Shown: piece by piece, positions 38,101 to 53,000 of the stretch
Layout of the letters: every line of letters begins with the position of its first letter
Numbering within the stretch: position 1 is the first letter of the stretch
Assembly (NCBI GenBank): GCA_002189035.1
Contig: NEEC01000033.1
Span: 1-64,000 of the forward strand
Direction of reading: 5' to 3'
DNA from: Utricularia gibba
Lineage: Eukaryota; Plantae; Magnoliophyta
Length of the DNA stretch: 64,000 bases
Program-made: the position numbers and the translations under genes
Notes under the pieces: model-generated
The model's input: the letters and a program-made list of their open reading frames with translations, nothing else
Databases searched by the model: none
Told to the model about the DNA's origin: nothing

Positions 38101-41100
38101 TCATCATCCATCACTTATCCCAACACTATTATACAGGTACGCAGGAATCCACGCAAAAATGAAATTTCGCACATCACGAAGCACCTCTTCCAAAACATGC
38201 AGATGCTAACTCTTCTAGCACACCATTGTTCGTGCTCCAAGTAGTATAATTTGGAGTTACGTTTGTCCCATAACTGTGGACATATTAAAAACAAACCACA
38301 ACGAAAAGTGTCTTACGTGTCCTTCCTTGGTGGCTGCGTTTAATAATGTGCTTCTCGTTCTCGAAATTGATGCAATACACGGCAAATAGAATCATCAATC
38401 AGCCACTAGAGACATCATGCCCATGCATCAAAATCATGAAGGCTGCACCAAATCAACAACAATGTGTCCCTATTCGTGCTCCAAGTAGTATAATTTGGAG
38501 TTATAACTGTGGACATATTAAAAACAAACCACAACGAAAAGTGTCTTACGTGTCCTTCCTTGGTGGCTGCGTTTAATAAAGATGCTTCACGTTCATCAAG
38601 AATCAGAAGTATCATGGCAACTAATTGTCAATCAACAGCCAAAACATATGGTGTCAAACTTCATCGGATATGCGATCAAGATGGAAAAAGTCACATGTTA
38701 CATCATGAATTTCGTGGCATCACTTATCCCAACACTGGTACGCAAAAATGTTTACTTTTAACGAATCCAGTGCACGTGTGATTTTTAGGCTGCACCCCGA
38801 ATGGTGATGCGCAATGAAATGACTATCGCACATCGGTCCACGAAGCACCTCTTCCAAAACATGCAGATCCTAACTCTTCATAGCACACCATTGCCCGATT
38901 CGGCTCCAAGTAGTATAATTTGGAGTTACGTTTGTCCGATAACTGTGGACATATTAAAAACAAACCACAACGAAAAGTGTCTTACGTGTCCTTCCTTGGT
39001 GGCTGCGTTTAATATGTGCTTCTCGTTCTCGAAATTGATGCAAAGATACACGGCAAAAGAATCAAATAGCCACTAGAGACATGGTGTATGGGAATGGTGT
39101 ATCAAGAATCAGAAGTATCATGGCAACTAATTGCATCAATCAACAGCCAAAACATATGGTGTCAAACTTCATCGGATATGCGATCAAGATGGAAAAAAGT
39201 CACATGTTACATCATGAATTTCGTGGCATCACTTATCCCAACACTATTATACTCCAGGTACGCAAAAATGTTTACTTTTAACGAATCCAGTGCACGTGTG
39301 ATTTTTCGGCTGCACCCCGAATGGTGATGCGCAATGAAATGACTATGTCGCACATCCTGGTCCACGAAGCACCTCTTCCAAAACATGCAGATGCTAACTC
39401 TTCATAGCACACCATTGGGAAGCCCTATTCGTGCTCCAAGTAGTATAATTTGGAGTTACGTTTGTCCCATAACTGTGGACATATTAAAAACAAACCACAA
39501 CGAAAAGTGTCTTACGTGTCCTTCCTTGGTGGCTGCGTTTAATAATGTGCTTCTCGTTCTCGAAATTGATGCAAATACACGGCAAAAGAATCAAATAGCC
39601 ACTAGAGACATGGTGTATGGGAATGGTGCATCAAGAATCAGAAGTATCATGGCAACTAATTGAATCAATCAACAGCCAAAACATATGGTGTCAAACTTCA
39701 TCGGATATGCGATCAAGATGGAAAAAAGTCACATGTTACATCATGAATTTCGTGGCATCACTTATCCCAACACTATTATACTCCAGGTACGCAAAAATGT
39801 TTACTTTTAACGAATCCAGTGCACGTGTGATTTTTAGGCTGCACCCCGAATGGTGATGCGCAATGAAATGACTATGTCGCACATCCTGGTCCACGAAGCA
39901 CCTCTTCCAAAACATGCAGATCCTAACTCTTCATAGCACACCATTGGGAAGCCCTATTCGTGCTCCAAGTAGTATAATTTGGAGTTACGTTTGTCCATAA
40001 CTGTGGACATATTAAAAACAAACCACAACGAAAAGTGTCTTACGTGTCCTTCCTTGGTGGCTGCGTTTAATAATGTGCTTCTCGTTCTCGAAATTGATGC
40101 AAGATACACGGCAAAAGAATCAAATAGCCACTAGAGACATGGTGTATGGGAATGGTGCATCAAGAATCAGAAGTATCATGGCAACTAATTGAATCAATCA
40201 ACAGCCAAAACATATGGTGTCAAACTTCATCGGATATGCGATCAAGATGGAAAAAAGTCACATGTTACATCATGAATTTCCCCAACACTATTATACTCCA
40301 GGTACGCAAAAATGTTTACTTTTAACGAATCCAGTGCACGTGTGATTTTTAGGCTGCACCCGAATGGTGATGCGCAATGAAATGACTAACAACGAAGCAG
40401 CAGAGGTTCGTGCGTATAAACATATTAAAAACAAACCACAACGAAAAGTGTCTTACGTGAACATGCATTACACATCGGATATGCGATCAAGATGGAAAAA
40501 AGTCACATGTTACATCATGAATTTCGTGGCATCACTTATCCCAACACTATTATACTCCAGGTACGCAAAAATGTTTACTTTTAACGAATCCAGTGCACGT
40601 GTGATTTTTCGGCTGCACCCGAATGGTGATGCGCAATGAAATGACTATGTCGCACATCCTGGTCCACGAAGCACCTCTTCCAAAACATGCTAACTCTTCA
40701 TAGCACACCATTGGGAAGCCCTATTCGTGCTCCAAGTAGTATAATTTGGAGTTATAACTGTGGACATATTAAAAACAAACCACAACGAAAAGTGTCTTAC
40801 GTGTCCTTCCTTGGTGGCTGCGTTTAATAATGTGCTTCTCGTTCTCGAAATTGATGCAAAAGATACACGGCAAAAGAATCAAATAGCCACTAGAGACATG
40901 GTGTATGGGAATGGTGCATCAAGAATCAGAAGTATCATGGCAACTAATTGAATCAATCAACAGCCAAAACATATGTGTCAAACTTCATCGGATATGCGAT
41001 CAAGATGGAAAAAAGTCACATGTTACATCATGAATTTCGTGGCATCACTTATCCCAACACTATTATACTCCAGGTACGCAAAAATGTTTACTTTTAACGA

Positions 41101-42387
41101 ATCCAGTGCACGTGTGATTTTTCGGCTGCACCCCGAATGGTGATGCGCAATGAAATGACTATGTCGCACATCCTGGTCCACGAAGCACCTCTTCCAAAAC
41201 ATGCAGATGCTAACTCTTCATAGCACACCATTGGGAAGCCCTATTCGTGCTCCAAGTAGTATAATTTGGAGTTACGTTTGTCCCATAACTGTGGACATAT
41301 TAAAAACAAACCACAACGAAAAGTGTCTTACGTGTCCTTCCTTGGTGGCTGCGTTTAATAATGTGCTTCTCGTTCTCGAAATTGATGCAAATGATACACG
41401 GCAAAAGAATCAAATAGCCACTAGAGACATGGTGTATGGGAATGGTGTATCAAGAATCAGAAGTATCATGGCAACTAATTGCATCAATCAACAGCCAAAA
41501 CATATGGTGTCAAACTTCATCGGATATGCGATCAAGATGGAAAAAGTCACATGTTACATCATGAATTTCGTGGCATCACTTATCCCAACACTATTATACA
41601 CCAGGTACGCAAAAATGTTTACTTTTAACGAATCCAGTGCACGTGTGATTTTTCTGCACCCCGAATGGTGATGCGCAATGAAATGACTATGTCGCACATC
41701 CTGGTCCACGAAGCACCTCTTCCAAAACATGCAGAGCCTAACTCTTCATAGCACACCATTGGGAAGCCCTATTCGTGCTCCAAGCGATAACTGTGGACAT
41801 ATTAAAAACAAACCACAACGAAAAGTGTCTTACGTGTCCTTCCTTGGTGGCTGCGTTTAATAATGTGCTTCTCGTTCTCGAAATTGATGCCACGGCAAAA
41901 GAATCAAATAGCCACTAGAGACATGGTGTATGGGAATGGTGTATCAAGAATCAGAAGTATCATGCGATCAAGATGGAAAAAAGTCACATGTTACATCATG
42001 AATTTCGTGGCATCACTTATCCCAACACTATTATACTCCAGGTACGCAAAAATGTTTACTTTTAACGAATCCAGTGCACGTGTGATTTTTCGGCTGCACC
42101 CCGAATGGTGATGCGCAATGAAATGACTATGTCGCACATCCTGGTCCACGAAGCACCTCTTCCAAAACATGCAGATGCTAACTCTTCATAGCACACCATT
42201 GGGAAGCCCTATTCGTGCTCCAAGTAGTATAATTTGGAGTTACGTTTGTCCCATAACTGTGGACATATTAAAAACAAACCACAACGAAAAGTGTCTTACG
42301 TGTCCTTCCTTGGTGGCTGCGTTTAATAATGTGCTTCTCGTTCTCGAAATTGATGCAAATGGGATACACGGCAAAAGAATCAAATAG

Positions 42388-42921
42388 CCACTAGAGACAT
42401 GGTGTATGGGAATGGTGTATCAAGAATCAGAAGTATCATGGCAACTAATTGCATCAATCAACAGCCAAAACATATGGTGTCAAACTTCATCGGATATGCG
42501 ATCAAGATGGAAAAAAGTCACATGTTACATCATGAATTTCGTGGCATCACTTATCCCAACACTATTATACTCCAGGTACGCAAAAATGTTTACTTTTAAC
42601 GAATCCAGTGCACGTGTGATTTTTCGGCTGCACCCCGAATGGTGATGCGCAATGAAATGACTATGTCGCACATCCTGGTCCACGAAGCACCTCTTCCAAA
42701 ACATGCAGATGCTAACTCTTCATAGCACACCATTGGGAAGCCCTATTCGTGCTCCAAGTAGTATAATTTGGAGTTACGTTTGTCCCATAACTGTGGACAT
42801 ATTAAAAACAAACCACAACGAAAAGTGTCTTACGTGTCCTTCCTTGGTGGCTGCGTTTAATAATGTGCTTCTCGTTCTCGAAATTGATGCAAATGGGATA
42901 CACGGCAAAAGAATCAAATAG
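42388..42921 (+). repeat. Representative subfamily B monomer (534 bp)
   Basis: One full period. B alleles: GGTGTATC, ATTGCATC, TTTCGG, ACTATG, GATGCT, CCCTATTCGTG, GTTACG, TCCCATA, AATAATG, AAATGGG. The same full B unit occurs at 26495-27028 and around 52.6-53.1 kb. Confidence 0.96.
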
Positions 42922-45544
42922 CCACTAGAGACATGGTGTATGGGAATGGTGTATCAAGAATCAGAAGTATCATGGCAACTAATTGCATCAATCAACAGCC
43001 AAAACATATGGTGTCAAACTTCATCGGATATGCGATCAAGATGGAAAAAAGTCACATGTTACATCATGAATTTCGTGGCATCACTTATCCCAACACTATT
43101 ATACTCCAGGTACGCAAAAATGTTTACTTTTAACGAATCCAGTGCACGTGTGATTTTTCGGCTGCACCCGAATGGTGATGCGCAATGAAATGACTATGTC
43201 GCACATCCTGGTCCACGAAGCACCTCTTCCAAAACATGCAGATGCTAACTCTTCATAGCACACCATTGGGAAGCCCTATTCGTGCTCCAAGTAGTATAAT
43301 TTGGAGTTACGTTTGTCCCATAACTGTGGACATATTAAAAACAAACCACAACGAAAAGTGTCTTACGTGTCCTTCCTTGGTGGCTGCGTTTAATAATGTG
43401 CTTCTCGTTCTCGAAATTGATGCAAATGGGATACACGGCAAAAGAATCAAATAGCCACTAGAGACATGGTGTATGGGAATGGTGTATCAAGAATCAGAAG
43501 TATCATGGCAACTAATTGCATCAATCAACAGCCAAAACATATGGTGTCAAACTTCATCGGATATGCGATCAAGATGGAAAAAAGTCACATGTTACATCAT
43601 GAATTTCGTGGCATCACTTATCCCAACACTATTATACTCCAGGTACGCAAAAATGTTTACTTTTAACGAATCCAGTGCACGTGTGATTTTTCGGCTGCAC
43701 CCCGAATGGTGATGCGCAATGAAATGACTATGTCGCACATCCTGGTCCACGAAGCACCTCTTCCAAAACATGCAGATAACTCTTCATAGCACACCATTGG
43801 GAAGCCCTATTCGTGCTCCAAGTAGTATAATTTGGAGTTACGTTTGTCCCATAACTGTGGACATATTAAAAACAAACCACAACGAAAAGTGTCTTACGTG
43901 TCCTTCCTTGGTGGCTGCGTTTAATAATGTGCTTCTCGTTCTCGAAATTGATGCAAAGATACACGGCAAAAGAATCAAATAGCCACTAGAGACATGGTGT
44001 ATGGGAATGGTGTATCAAGAATCAGAAGTATCATGGCAACTAATTGCATCAATCAACAGCCAAAACATATGTGTCAAACTTCATCGGATATGCGATCAAG
44101 ATGGAAAAAAGTCACATGTTACATCATGAATTTCGTGGCATCACTTATCCCAACACTATTATACTCCAGGTACGCAAAAATGTTTACTTTTAACGAATCC
44201 AGTGCACGTGTGATTTTTCGGCTGCACCCGAATGGTGATGCGCAATGAAATGACTATGTCGCACATCCTGGTCCACGAAGCACCTCTTCCAAAACATGCA
44301 GATGCTAACTCTTCATAGCACACCATTGGGAAGCCCTATTCGTGCTCCAAGTAGTATAATTTGGAGTTACGTTTGTCCCATAACTGTGGACATATTAAAA
44401 ACAAACCACAACGAAAAGTGTCTTACGTGTCCTTCCTTGGTGGCTGCGTTTAATAATGTGCTTCTCGTTCTCGAAATTGATGCAAATGATACACGGCAAA
44501 AGAATCAAATAGCCACTAGAGACATGGTGTATGGGAATGGTGTATCAAGAATCAGAAGTATCATGGCAACTAATTGCATCAATCAACAGCCAAAACATAT
44601 GGTGTCAAACTTCATCGGATATGCGATCAAGATGGAAAAAAGTCACATGTTACATCATGAATTTCGTGGCATCACTTATCCCAACACTATTATACTCCAG
44701 GTACGCAAAAATGTTTACTTTTAACGAATCCAGTGCACGTGTGATTTTTCGGCTGCACCCCGAATGGTGATGCGCAATGAAATGACTATGTCGCACATCC
44801 TGGTCCACGAAGCACCTCTTCCAAAACATGCAGATGCTAACTCTTCATAGCACACCATTGGGAAGCCCTATTCGTGCTCCAAGTAGTATAATTTGGAGTT
44901 ACGTTTGTCCCATAACTGTGGACATATTAAAAACAAACCACAACGAAAAGTGTCTTACGTGTCCTTCCTTGGTGGCTGCGTTTAATAATGTGCTTCTCGT
45001 TCTCGAAATTGATGCAAAATACACGGCAAAAGAATCAAATAGCCACTAGAGACATGGTGTATGGGAATGGTGTATCAAGAATCAGAAGTATCATGGCAAC
45101 TAATTGCATCAATCAACAGCCAAAACATATGTGTCAAACTTCATCGGATATGCGATCAAGATGGAAAAAAGTCACATGTTACATCATGAATTTCGTGGCA
45201 TCACTTATCCCAACACTATTATACTCCAGGTACGCAAAAATGTTTACTTTTAACGAATCCAGTGCACGTGTGATTTTTCGGCTGCACCCGAATGGTGATG
45301 CGCAATGAAATGACTATGTCGCACATCCTGGTCCACGAAGCACCTCTTCCAAAACATGCAGATGCTAACTCTTCATAGCACACCATTGGGAAGCCCTATT
45401 CGTGCTCCAAGTAGTATAATTTGGAGTTACGTTTGTCCCATAACTGTGGACATATTAAAAACAAACCACAACGAAAAGTGTCTTACGTGTCCTTCCTTGG
45501 TGGCTGCGTTTAATAATGTGCTTCTCGTTCTCGAAATTGATGCA

Positions 45545-47090
45545 AACTCACCACTAGAGACACAAGAATCAGAAGTATCATGGCAACTAATTGCATCAGA
45601 GCGATCCACATGTGAAATCACTGGTTGGAATCCAGAAAAAATTGCTAACATATTGCATCAACATAACAGCCAACACTATCAAATATAGAGACATCAAGAA
45701 TCAGGTATCATGCAACTAAATCAAGTGTGCGATCCACATGTTACATCATGAATTTCGTGGTGGTGTTCTGCAAACACTACGGTGCAGATGGCGCAGTGCT
45801 CAAGTACTAATTTTTTGTGGACTGGTTGCCAAACGGAAAACACCTTTGGGTAACAATAATGTGACAACACATGCCACTCACCAGCACAACCGGGATATGC
45901 GATCCACATGTTACATCATGGTGGCATGGTACGTGTTTACGAATCCAGTGCACGTGTCTGCACCCCGCACTATGTCGCACATACGAAGCGCAGATGCTAA
46001 ATAGCACACCATTTATTCAACGATAAAGAAAAGTGTCTTACGTGTCCTTCCTTGGTGGCTGCGTTTAATAATGTGCTTCTCGTTCTCGAAATTGATGCAA
46101 ATACACGGCAAAAGAATCACCACTAGAGACAATGGGAATGGTGTATCAAGAATCAGAAGTATCATGGGGCAAGGATGTCCACATGGAAATCAGGTTGGAA
46201 TCCAGTTCATGGCGCAATGAAATGACTAAGATCAATGCAGGGTATAACAAACTACATGCTTACAATAATGTGCAAATTGATGCAAGATACACGGCAAAAG
46301 AATCAAATAGCCACTAGAGACATGGCAAGAATCAGAAGTATCATGGCAACTAATTGCATGAAACTTCATCGGATATGCGATCAAGATGGAAAAAGTCACA
46401 TGTTACATCATGAATTTCGTGGCATCACTTATCCCAACACTATTATACTCCAGGTACGCAAAAATGTTTACTTTTAACGAATCCAGTGCACGTGTGATTT
46501 TTAGGCTGCACCCGAATGGTGATGCGCAATGAAATGACTATGTCGCACATCCTGACGAAGCACCTCTTCCAAAACATGCAGATGCTAACTCTTCATAGCA
46601 CACCATTGGGAAGCCCTATTCGTGCTCCAACATAACTGACATATTAAAAACAAACCACAACGAAAAGTGTCTTACGTGTCCTTCCTTGGTGGCTGCGTTT
46701 AATAATGTGCTTCTCGTTCTCGAAATTGATGCAAATACACGGCAAAAGAATCAAATAGCCACTAGAGACATGGTGTACAAGAATCAGAAGTATCATGGCA
46801 ACTAACACAAACTTCATCGCGATCATCATGGCGTGGGTACGCACTGAATCCAGTGCACCTGCATGGTGATGCGCAATGCTCGCACATTCTGCAGATGGCG
46901 CAAGTTGGAAACACACTTTCAAACATGGGGTGGTGTCCTGGTGGGGTTCGTCAACCTATGTGGGCAACATTGCAAACAATCACTGTTCATTGTCGTCAGC
47001 CCATGGCATCACTGGTTGTTTACTTTTAACGAATCCAGTGCACGTGTGATAAACAACACATCATGCAGGCCCCTAAACATAACACATGAA
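45545..47090. other. Degraded/scrambled patch within the B block
   Basis: Non-colinear monomer fragments at about 45545-46270 and 46775-47090, flanked by near-perfect B units. Confidence 0.8.
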
Positions 47091-50000
47091 AAGTGTCTTA
47101 CGTGTCCTTCCTTGGTGGCTGCGTTTAATAATGTGCTTCTCGTTCTCGAAATTGATGCATACACGGCAAAAGAATCAAATAGCCACTAGAGACATGGTGT
47201 ATGGGAATGGTGTATCAAGAATCAGAAGTATCATGGCAACTAATTGCATCAATCAACAGCCAAAACATATGTGTCAAACTTCATCGGATATGCGATCAAG
47301 ATGGAAAAAAGTCACATGTTACATCATGAATTTCGTGGCATCACTTATCCCAACACTATTATACTCCAGGTACGCAAAAATGTTTACTTTTAACGAATCC
47401 AGTGCACGTGTGATTTTTAGGCTGCACCCGAATGGTGATGCGCAATGAAATGACTATGTCGCACATCCTGACGAAGCACCTCTTCCAAAACATGCAGATG
47501 CTAACTCTTCATAGCACACCATTGGGAAGCCCTATTCGTGCTCCAAGTAGTATAATTTGGAGTTACGTTTGTCCCATAACTGTGGACATATTAAAAACAA
47601 ACCACAACGAAAAGTGTCTTACGTGTCCTTCCTTGGTGGCTGCGTTTAATAATGTGCTTCTCGTTCTCGAAATTGATGCAAATACACGGCAAAAGAATCA
47701 AATAGCCACTAGAGACATGAATGGTGTATCAAGAATCAGAAGTATCATGGCAACTAATTGCATCAATCAACAGCCAAAACATATGGTGTCAAACTTCATC
47801 GGATATGCGATCAAGATGGAAAAAGTCACATGTTACATCATGAATTTCGTGGCATCACTTATCCCAACACTATTATACTCCAGGTACGCAAAAATGTTTA
47901 CTTTTAACGAATCCAGTGCACGTGTGATTTTTCGGCTGCACCCCGAATGGTGATGCGCAATGAAATGACTATGTCGCACATCGAAGCACCTCTTCCAAAA
48001 CATGCAGATGCTAACTCTTCATAGCACATATTCGTGCTCCAAGTAGTATAATTTGGAGTTACGTTTGTCCCATAACACATATTAAAAACAAACCACAACG
48101 AAAAGTGTCTTACGTGTCCTTCCTTGGTGGCTGCGTTTAATAATGTGCTTCTCGTTCTCGAAATTGATGCAAATACACGGCAAAAGAATCAAATAGCCAC
48201 TAGAGACATGGTGTATGGGAATGGTGTATCAAGAATCAGAAGTATCATGGCAACTAATTGCATCAATCAACAAAAACATATGGTGTCAAACTTCATCGGA
48301 TATGCGATCAAGATGGAAAAAAGTCACATGTTACATCATGAATTTCGTGGCATCACTTATCCCAACACTATTATACTCCAGGTACGCAAAAATGTTTACT
48401 TTTAACGAATCCAGTGCACGTGTGATTTTTCGGCTGCACCCCGAATGGTGATGCGCAATGAAATGACTATGTCGCACATCCTGGTCCACGAAGCACCTCT
48501 TCCAAAACATGCAGATGCTAACTCTTCATAGCACACCATTGGGAAGCCCTATTCGTGCTCCAAGTAGTATAATTTGGAGTTACGTTTGTCCCATAACTGT
48601 GGACATATTAAAAACAAACCACAACGAAAAGTGTCTTACGTGTCCTTCCTTGGTGGCTGCGTTTAATAATGTGCTTCTCGTTCTCGAAATTGATGCAAAC
48701 ACGGCAAAAGAATCAAATAGCCACTAGAGACATGGTGTATGGGAATGGTGTATCAAGAATCAGAAGTATCATGGCAACTAATTGCATCAATCAACAAAAA
48801 CATATGGTGTCAAACTTCATCGGATATGCGATCAAGATGGAAAAAAGTCACATGTTACATCATGAATTTCGTGGCATCACTTATCCCAACACTATTATAC
48901 TCCAGGTACGCAAAAATGTTTACTTTTAACGAATCCAGTGCACGTGTGATTTTTAGGCTGCACCCGAATGGTGATGCGCAATGAAATGACTATGTCGCAC
49001 ATCCTGGTCACGAAGCACCTCTTCCAAAACATGCAGATGCTAACTCTTCATAGCACACCATTGGGAAGCCCTATTCGTGCTCCAAGTAGTATAATTTGGA
49101 GTTACGTTTGTCCCATAACACATATTAAAAACAAACCACAACGAAAAGTGTCTTACGTGTCCTTCCTTGGTGGCTGCGTTTAATAATGTGCTTCTCGTTC
49201 TCGAAATTGATGCAATACACGGCAAAAGAATCAAATAGCCACTAGAGACATGGTGTATGGGAATGGTGTATCAAGAATCAGAAGTATCATGGCAACTAAT
49301 TGCATCAATCAACAGCCAAAACATATGTGTCAAACTTCATCGGATATGCGATCAAGATGGAAAAAAGTCACATGTTACATCATGAATTTCGTGGCATCAC
49401 TTATCCCAACACTATTATACTCCAGGTACGCAAAAATGTTTACTTTTAACGAATCCAGTGCACGTGTGATTTTTCGGCTGCACCCCGAATGGTGATGCGC
49501 AATGAAATGACTATGTCGCACATCCTGGTCCACGAAGCACCTCTTCCAAAACATGCAGATGCTAACTCTTCATAGCACACCATTGGGAAGCCCTATTCGT
49601 GCTCCAAGTAGTATAATTTGGAGTTACGTTTGTCCCATAACTGTGGACATATTAAAAACAAACCACAACGAAAAGTGTCTTACGTGTCCTTCCTTGGTGG
49701 CTGCGTTTAATAATGTGCTTCTCGTTCTCGAAATTGATGCAAATGGGATACACGGCAAAAGAATCAAATAGCCACTAGAGACATGGTGTATGGGAATGGT
49801 GTATCAAGAATCAGAAGTATCATGGCAACTAATTGCATCAATCAACAGCCAAAACATATGGTGTCAAACTTCATCGGATATGCGATCAAGATGGAAAAAG
49901 TCACATGTTACATCATGAATTTCGTGGCATCACTTATCCCAACACTATTATACTCCAGGTACGCAAAAATGTTTACTTTTAACGAATCCAGTGCACGTGT

Positions 50001-53000
50001 GATTTTTCGGCTGCACCCCGAATGGTGATGCGCAATGAAATGACTATGTCGCACATCCTGGTCCACGAAGCACCTCTTCCAAAACATGCAGAGCTAACTC
50101 TTCATAGCACACCATTGGGAAGCCCTATTCGTGCTCCAAGTAGTATAATTGGAGTTACGTTTGTCCCATAACTGTGGACATATTAAAAACAAACCACAAC
50201 GAAAAGTGTCTTACGTGTCCTTCCTTGGTGGCTGCGTTTAATAATGTGCTTCTCGTTCTCGAAATTGATGCAAACAAGATACACGGCAAAAGAATCAAAT
50301 AGCCACTAGAGACATGGTGTATGGGAATGGTGTATCAAGAATCAGAAGTATCATGGCAACTAATTGCATCAATCAACAGCCAAAACATATGGTGTCAAAC
50401 TTCATCGGATATGCGATCAAGATGGAAAAAAGTCACATGTTACATCATGAATTTCGTGGCATCACTTATCCCAACACTATTATACTCCAGGTACGCAAAA
50501 ATGTTTACTTTTAACGAATCCAGTGCACGTGTGATTTTTAGGCTGCACCCGAATGGTGATGCGCAATGAAATGACTATGTCGCACATCCTGGTCCACGAA
50601 GCACCTCTTCCAAAACATGCAGATGCTAACTCTTCATAGCACACCATTGGGAAGCCCTATTCGTGCTCCAAGTAGTATAATTTGGAGTTACGTTTGTCCC
50701 ATAACTGTGGACATATTAAAAACAAACCACAACGAAAAGTGTCTTACGTGTCCTTCCTTGGTGGCTGCGTTTAATAATGTGCTTCTCGTTCTCGAAATTG
50801 ATGCAAATGGGATACACGGCAAAAGAATCAAATAGCCACTAGAGACATGGTGTATGGGAATGGTGTATCAAGAATCAGAAGTATCATGGCAACTAATTGC
50901 ATCAATCAACAGCCAAAACATATGTGTCAAACTTCATCGGATATGCGATCAAGATGGAAAAAAGTCACATGTTACATCATGAATTTCGTGGCATCACTTA
51001 TCCCAACACTATTATACTCCAGGTACGCAAAAATGTTTACTTTTAACGAATCCAGTGCACGTGTGATTTTTCGGCTGCACCCCGAATGGTGATGCGCAAT
51101 GAAATGACTATGTCGCACATCCTGGTCCACGAAGCACCTCTTCCAAAACATGCAGATGCTAACTCTTCATAGCACACCATTGGGAAGCCCTATTCGTGCT
51201 CCAAGTAGTATAATTTGGAGTTACGTTTGTCCCATAACTGTGGACATATTAAAAACAAACCACAACGAAAAGTGTCTTACGTGTCCTTCCTTGGTGGCTG
51301 CGTTTAATAATGTGCTTCTCGTTCTCGAAATTGATGCAAATATACACGGCAAAAGAATCAAATAGCCACTAGAGACATGGTGTATGGGAATGGTGTATCA
51401 AGAATCAGAAGTATCATGGCAACTAATTGCATCAATCAAGAAGGCAAATCGCAATCTAACATATGCAGATGGGTAACATGTGAAAAGTGTCTTACAATAA
51501 TGTGCTTCTCGTTCTCGAAATTGATGCAAAATTCAAATAGCCACTAGAGACATCAAGAATCAGAAGTATCATGGCAACTAATTGCATCAATCAACAAAAC
51601 ATATGGTGTCAAACTTCATCGGATATGCGATCAAGATGGAAAAAGTCACATGTTACATCATGAATTTCGTGGCATCACTTAGGTACGCAAAAATGTTTAC
51701 TTTTAACGAATCCAGTGCACGTGTGATTTTTCGGCTGCACCCCGAATGGTGATGCGCAATGAAATGACTATGTCGCACATCCTGGTCCACGAAGCACCTC
51801 TTCCAAAACATGCAGAGCTAACTCTTCATAGCACACCATTGGGAAGCCCTATTCGTGCTCCAAGTAGTATAATTTGGAGTTACGTTTGTCCCATAACTGT
51901 GGACATATTAAAAACAAACCACAACGAAAAGTGTCTTACGTGTCCTTCCTTGGTGGCTGCGTTTAATAATGTGCTTCTCGTTCTCGAAATTGATGCAAAG
52001 ATACACGGCAAAAGAATCAAATAGCCACTAGAGACATGGTGTATGGGAATGGTGTATCAAGAATCAGAAGTATCATGGCAACTAATTGCATCAATCAACA
52101 GCCAAAACATATGGTGTCAAACTTCATCGGATATGCGATCAAGATGGAAAAAAGTCACATGTTACATCATGAATTTCGTGGCATCACTTATCCCAACACT
52201 ATTATACTCCAGGTACGCAAAAATGTTTACTTTTAACGAATCCAGTGCACGTGTGATTTTTCGGCTGCACCCGAATGGTGATGCGCAATGAAATGACTAT
52301 GTCGCACATCCTGGTCCACGAAGCACCTCTTCCAAAACATGCAGATGCTAACTCTTCATAGCACACCATTGGGAAGCCCTATTCGTGCTCCAAGTAGTAT
52401 AATTTGGAGTTACGTTTGTCCCATAACTGTGGACATATTAAAAACAAACCACAACGAAAAGTGTCTTACGTGTCCTTCCTTGGTGGCTGCGTTTAATAAT
52501 GTGCTTCTCGTTCTCGAAATTGATGCAAAGATACACGGCAAAAGAATCAAATAGCCACTAGAGACATGGTGTATGGGAATGGTGTATCAAGAATCAGAAG
52601 TATCATGGCAACTAATTGCATCAATCAACAGCCAAAACATATGGTGTCAAACTTCATCGGATATGCGATCAAGATGGAAAAAAGTCACATGTTACATCAT
52701 GAATTTCGTGGCATCACTTATCCCAACACTATTATACTCCAGGTACGCAAAAATGTTTACTTTTAACGAATCCAGTGCACGTGTGATTTTTCGGCTGCAC
52801 CCCGAATGGTGATGCGCAATGAAATGACTATGTCGCACATCCTGGTCCACGAAGCACCTCTTCCAAAACATGCAGATGCTAACTCTTCATAGCACACCAT
52901 TGGGAAGCCCTATTCGTGCTCCAAGTAGTATAATTTGGAGTTACGTTTGTCCCATAACTGTGGACATATTAAAAACAAACCACAACGAAAAGTGTCTTAC

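Noticed and set aside
45545-46270. Foreign insertion with novel ORFs (e.g. 45738-46004, 45721-45909)
   Set aside because: The tract is largely reshuffled monomer fragments with heavy indels, so it is more simply explained as low-quality sequence.
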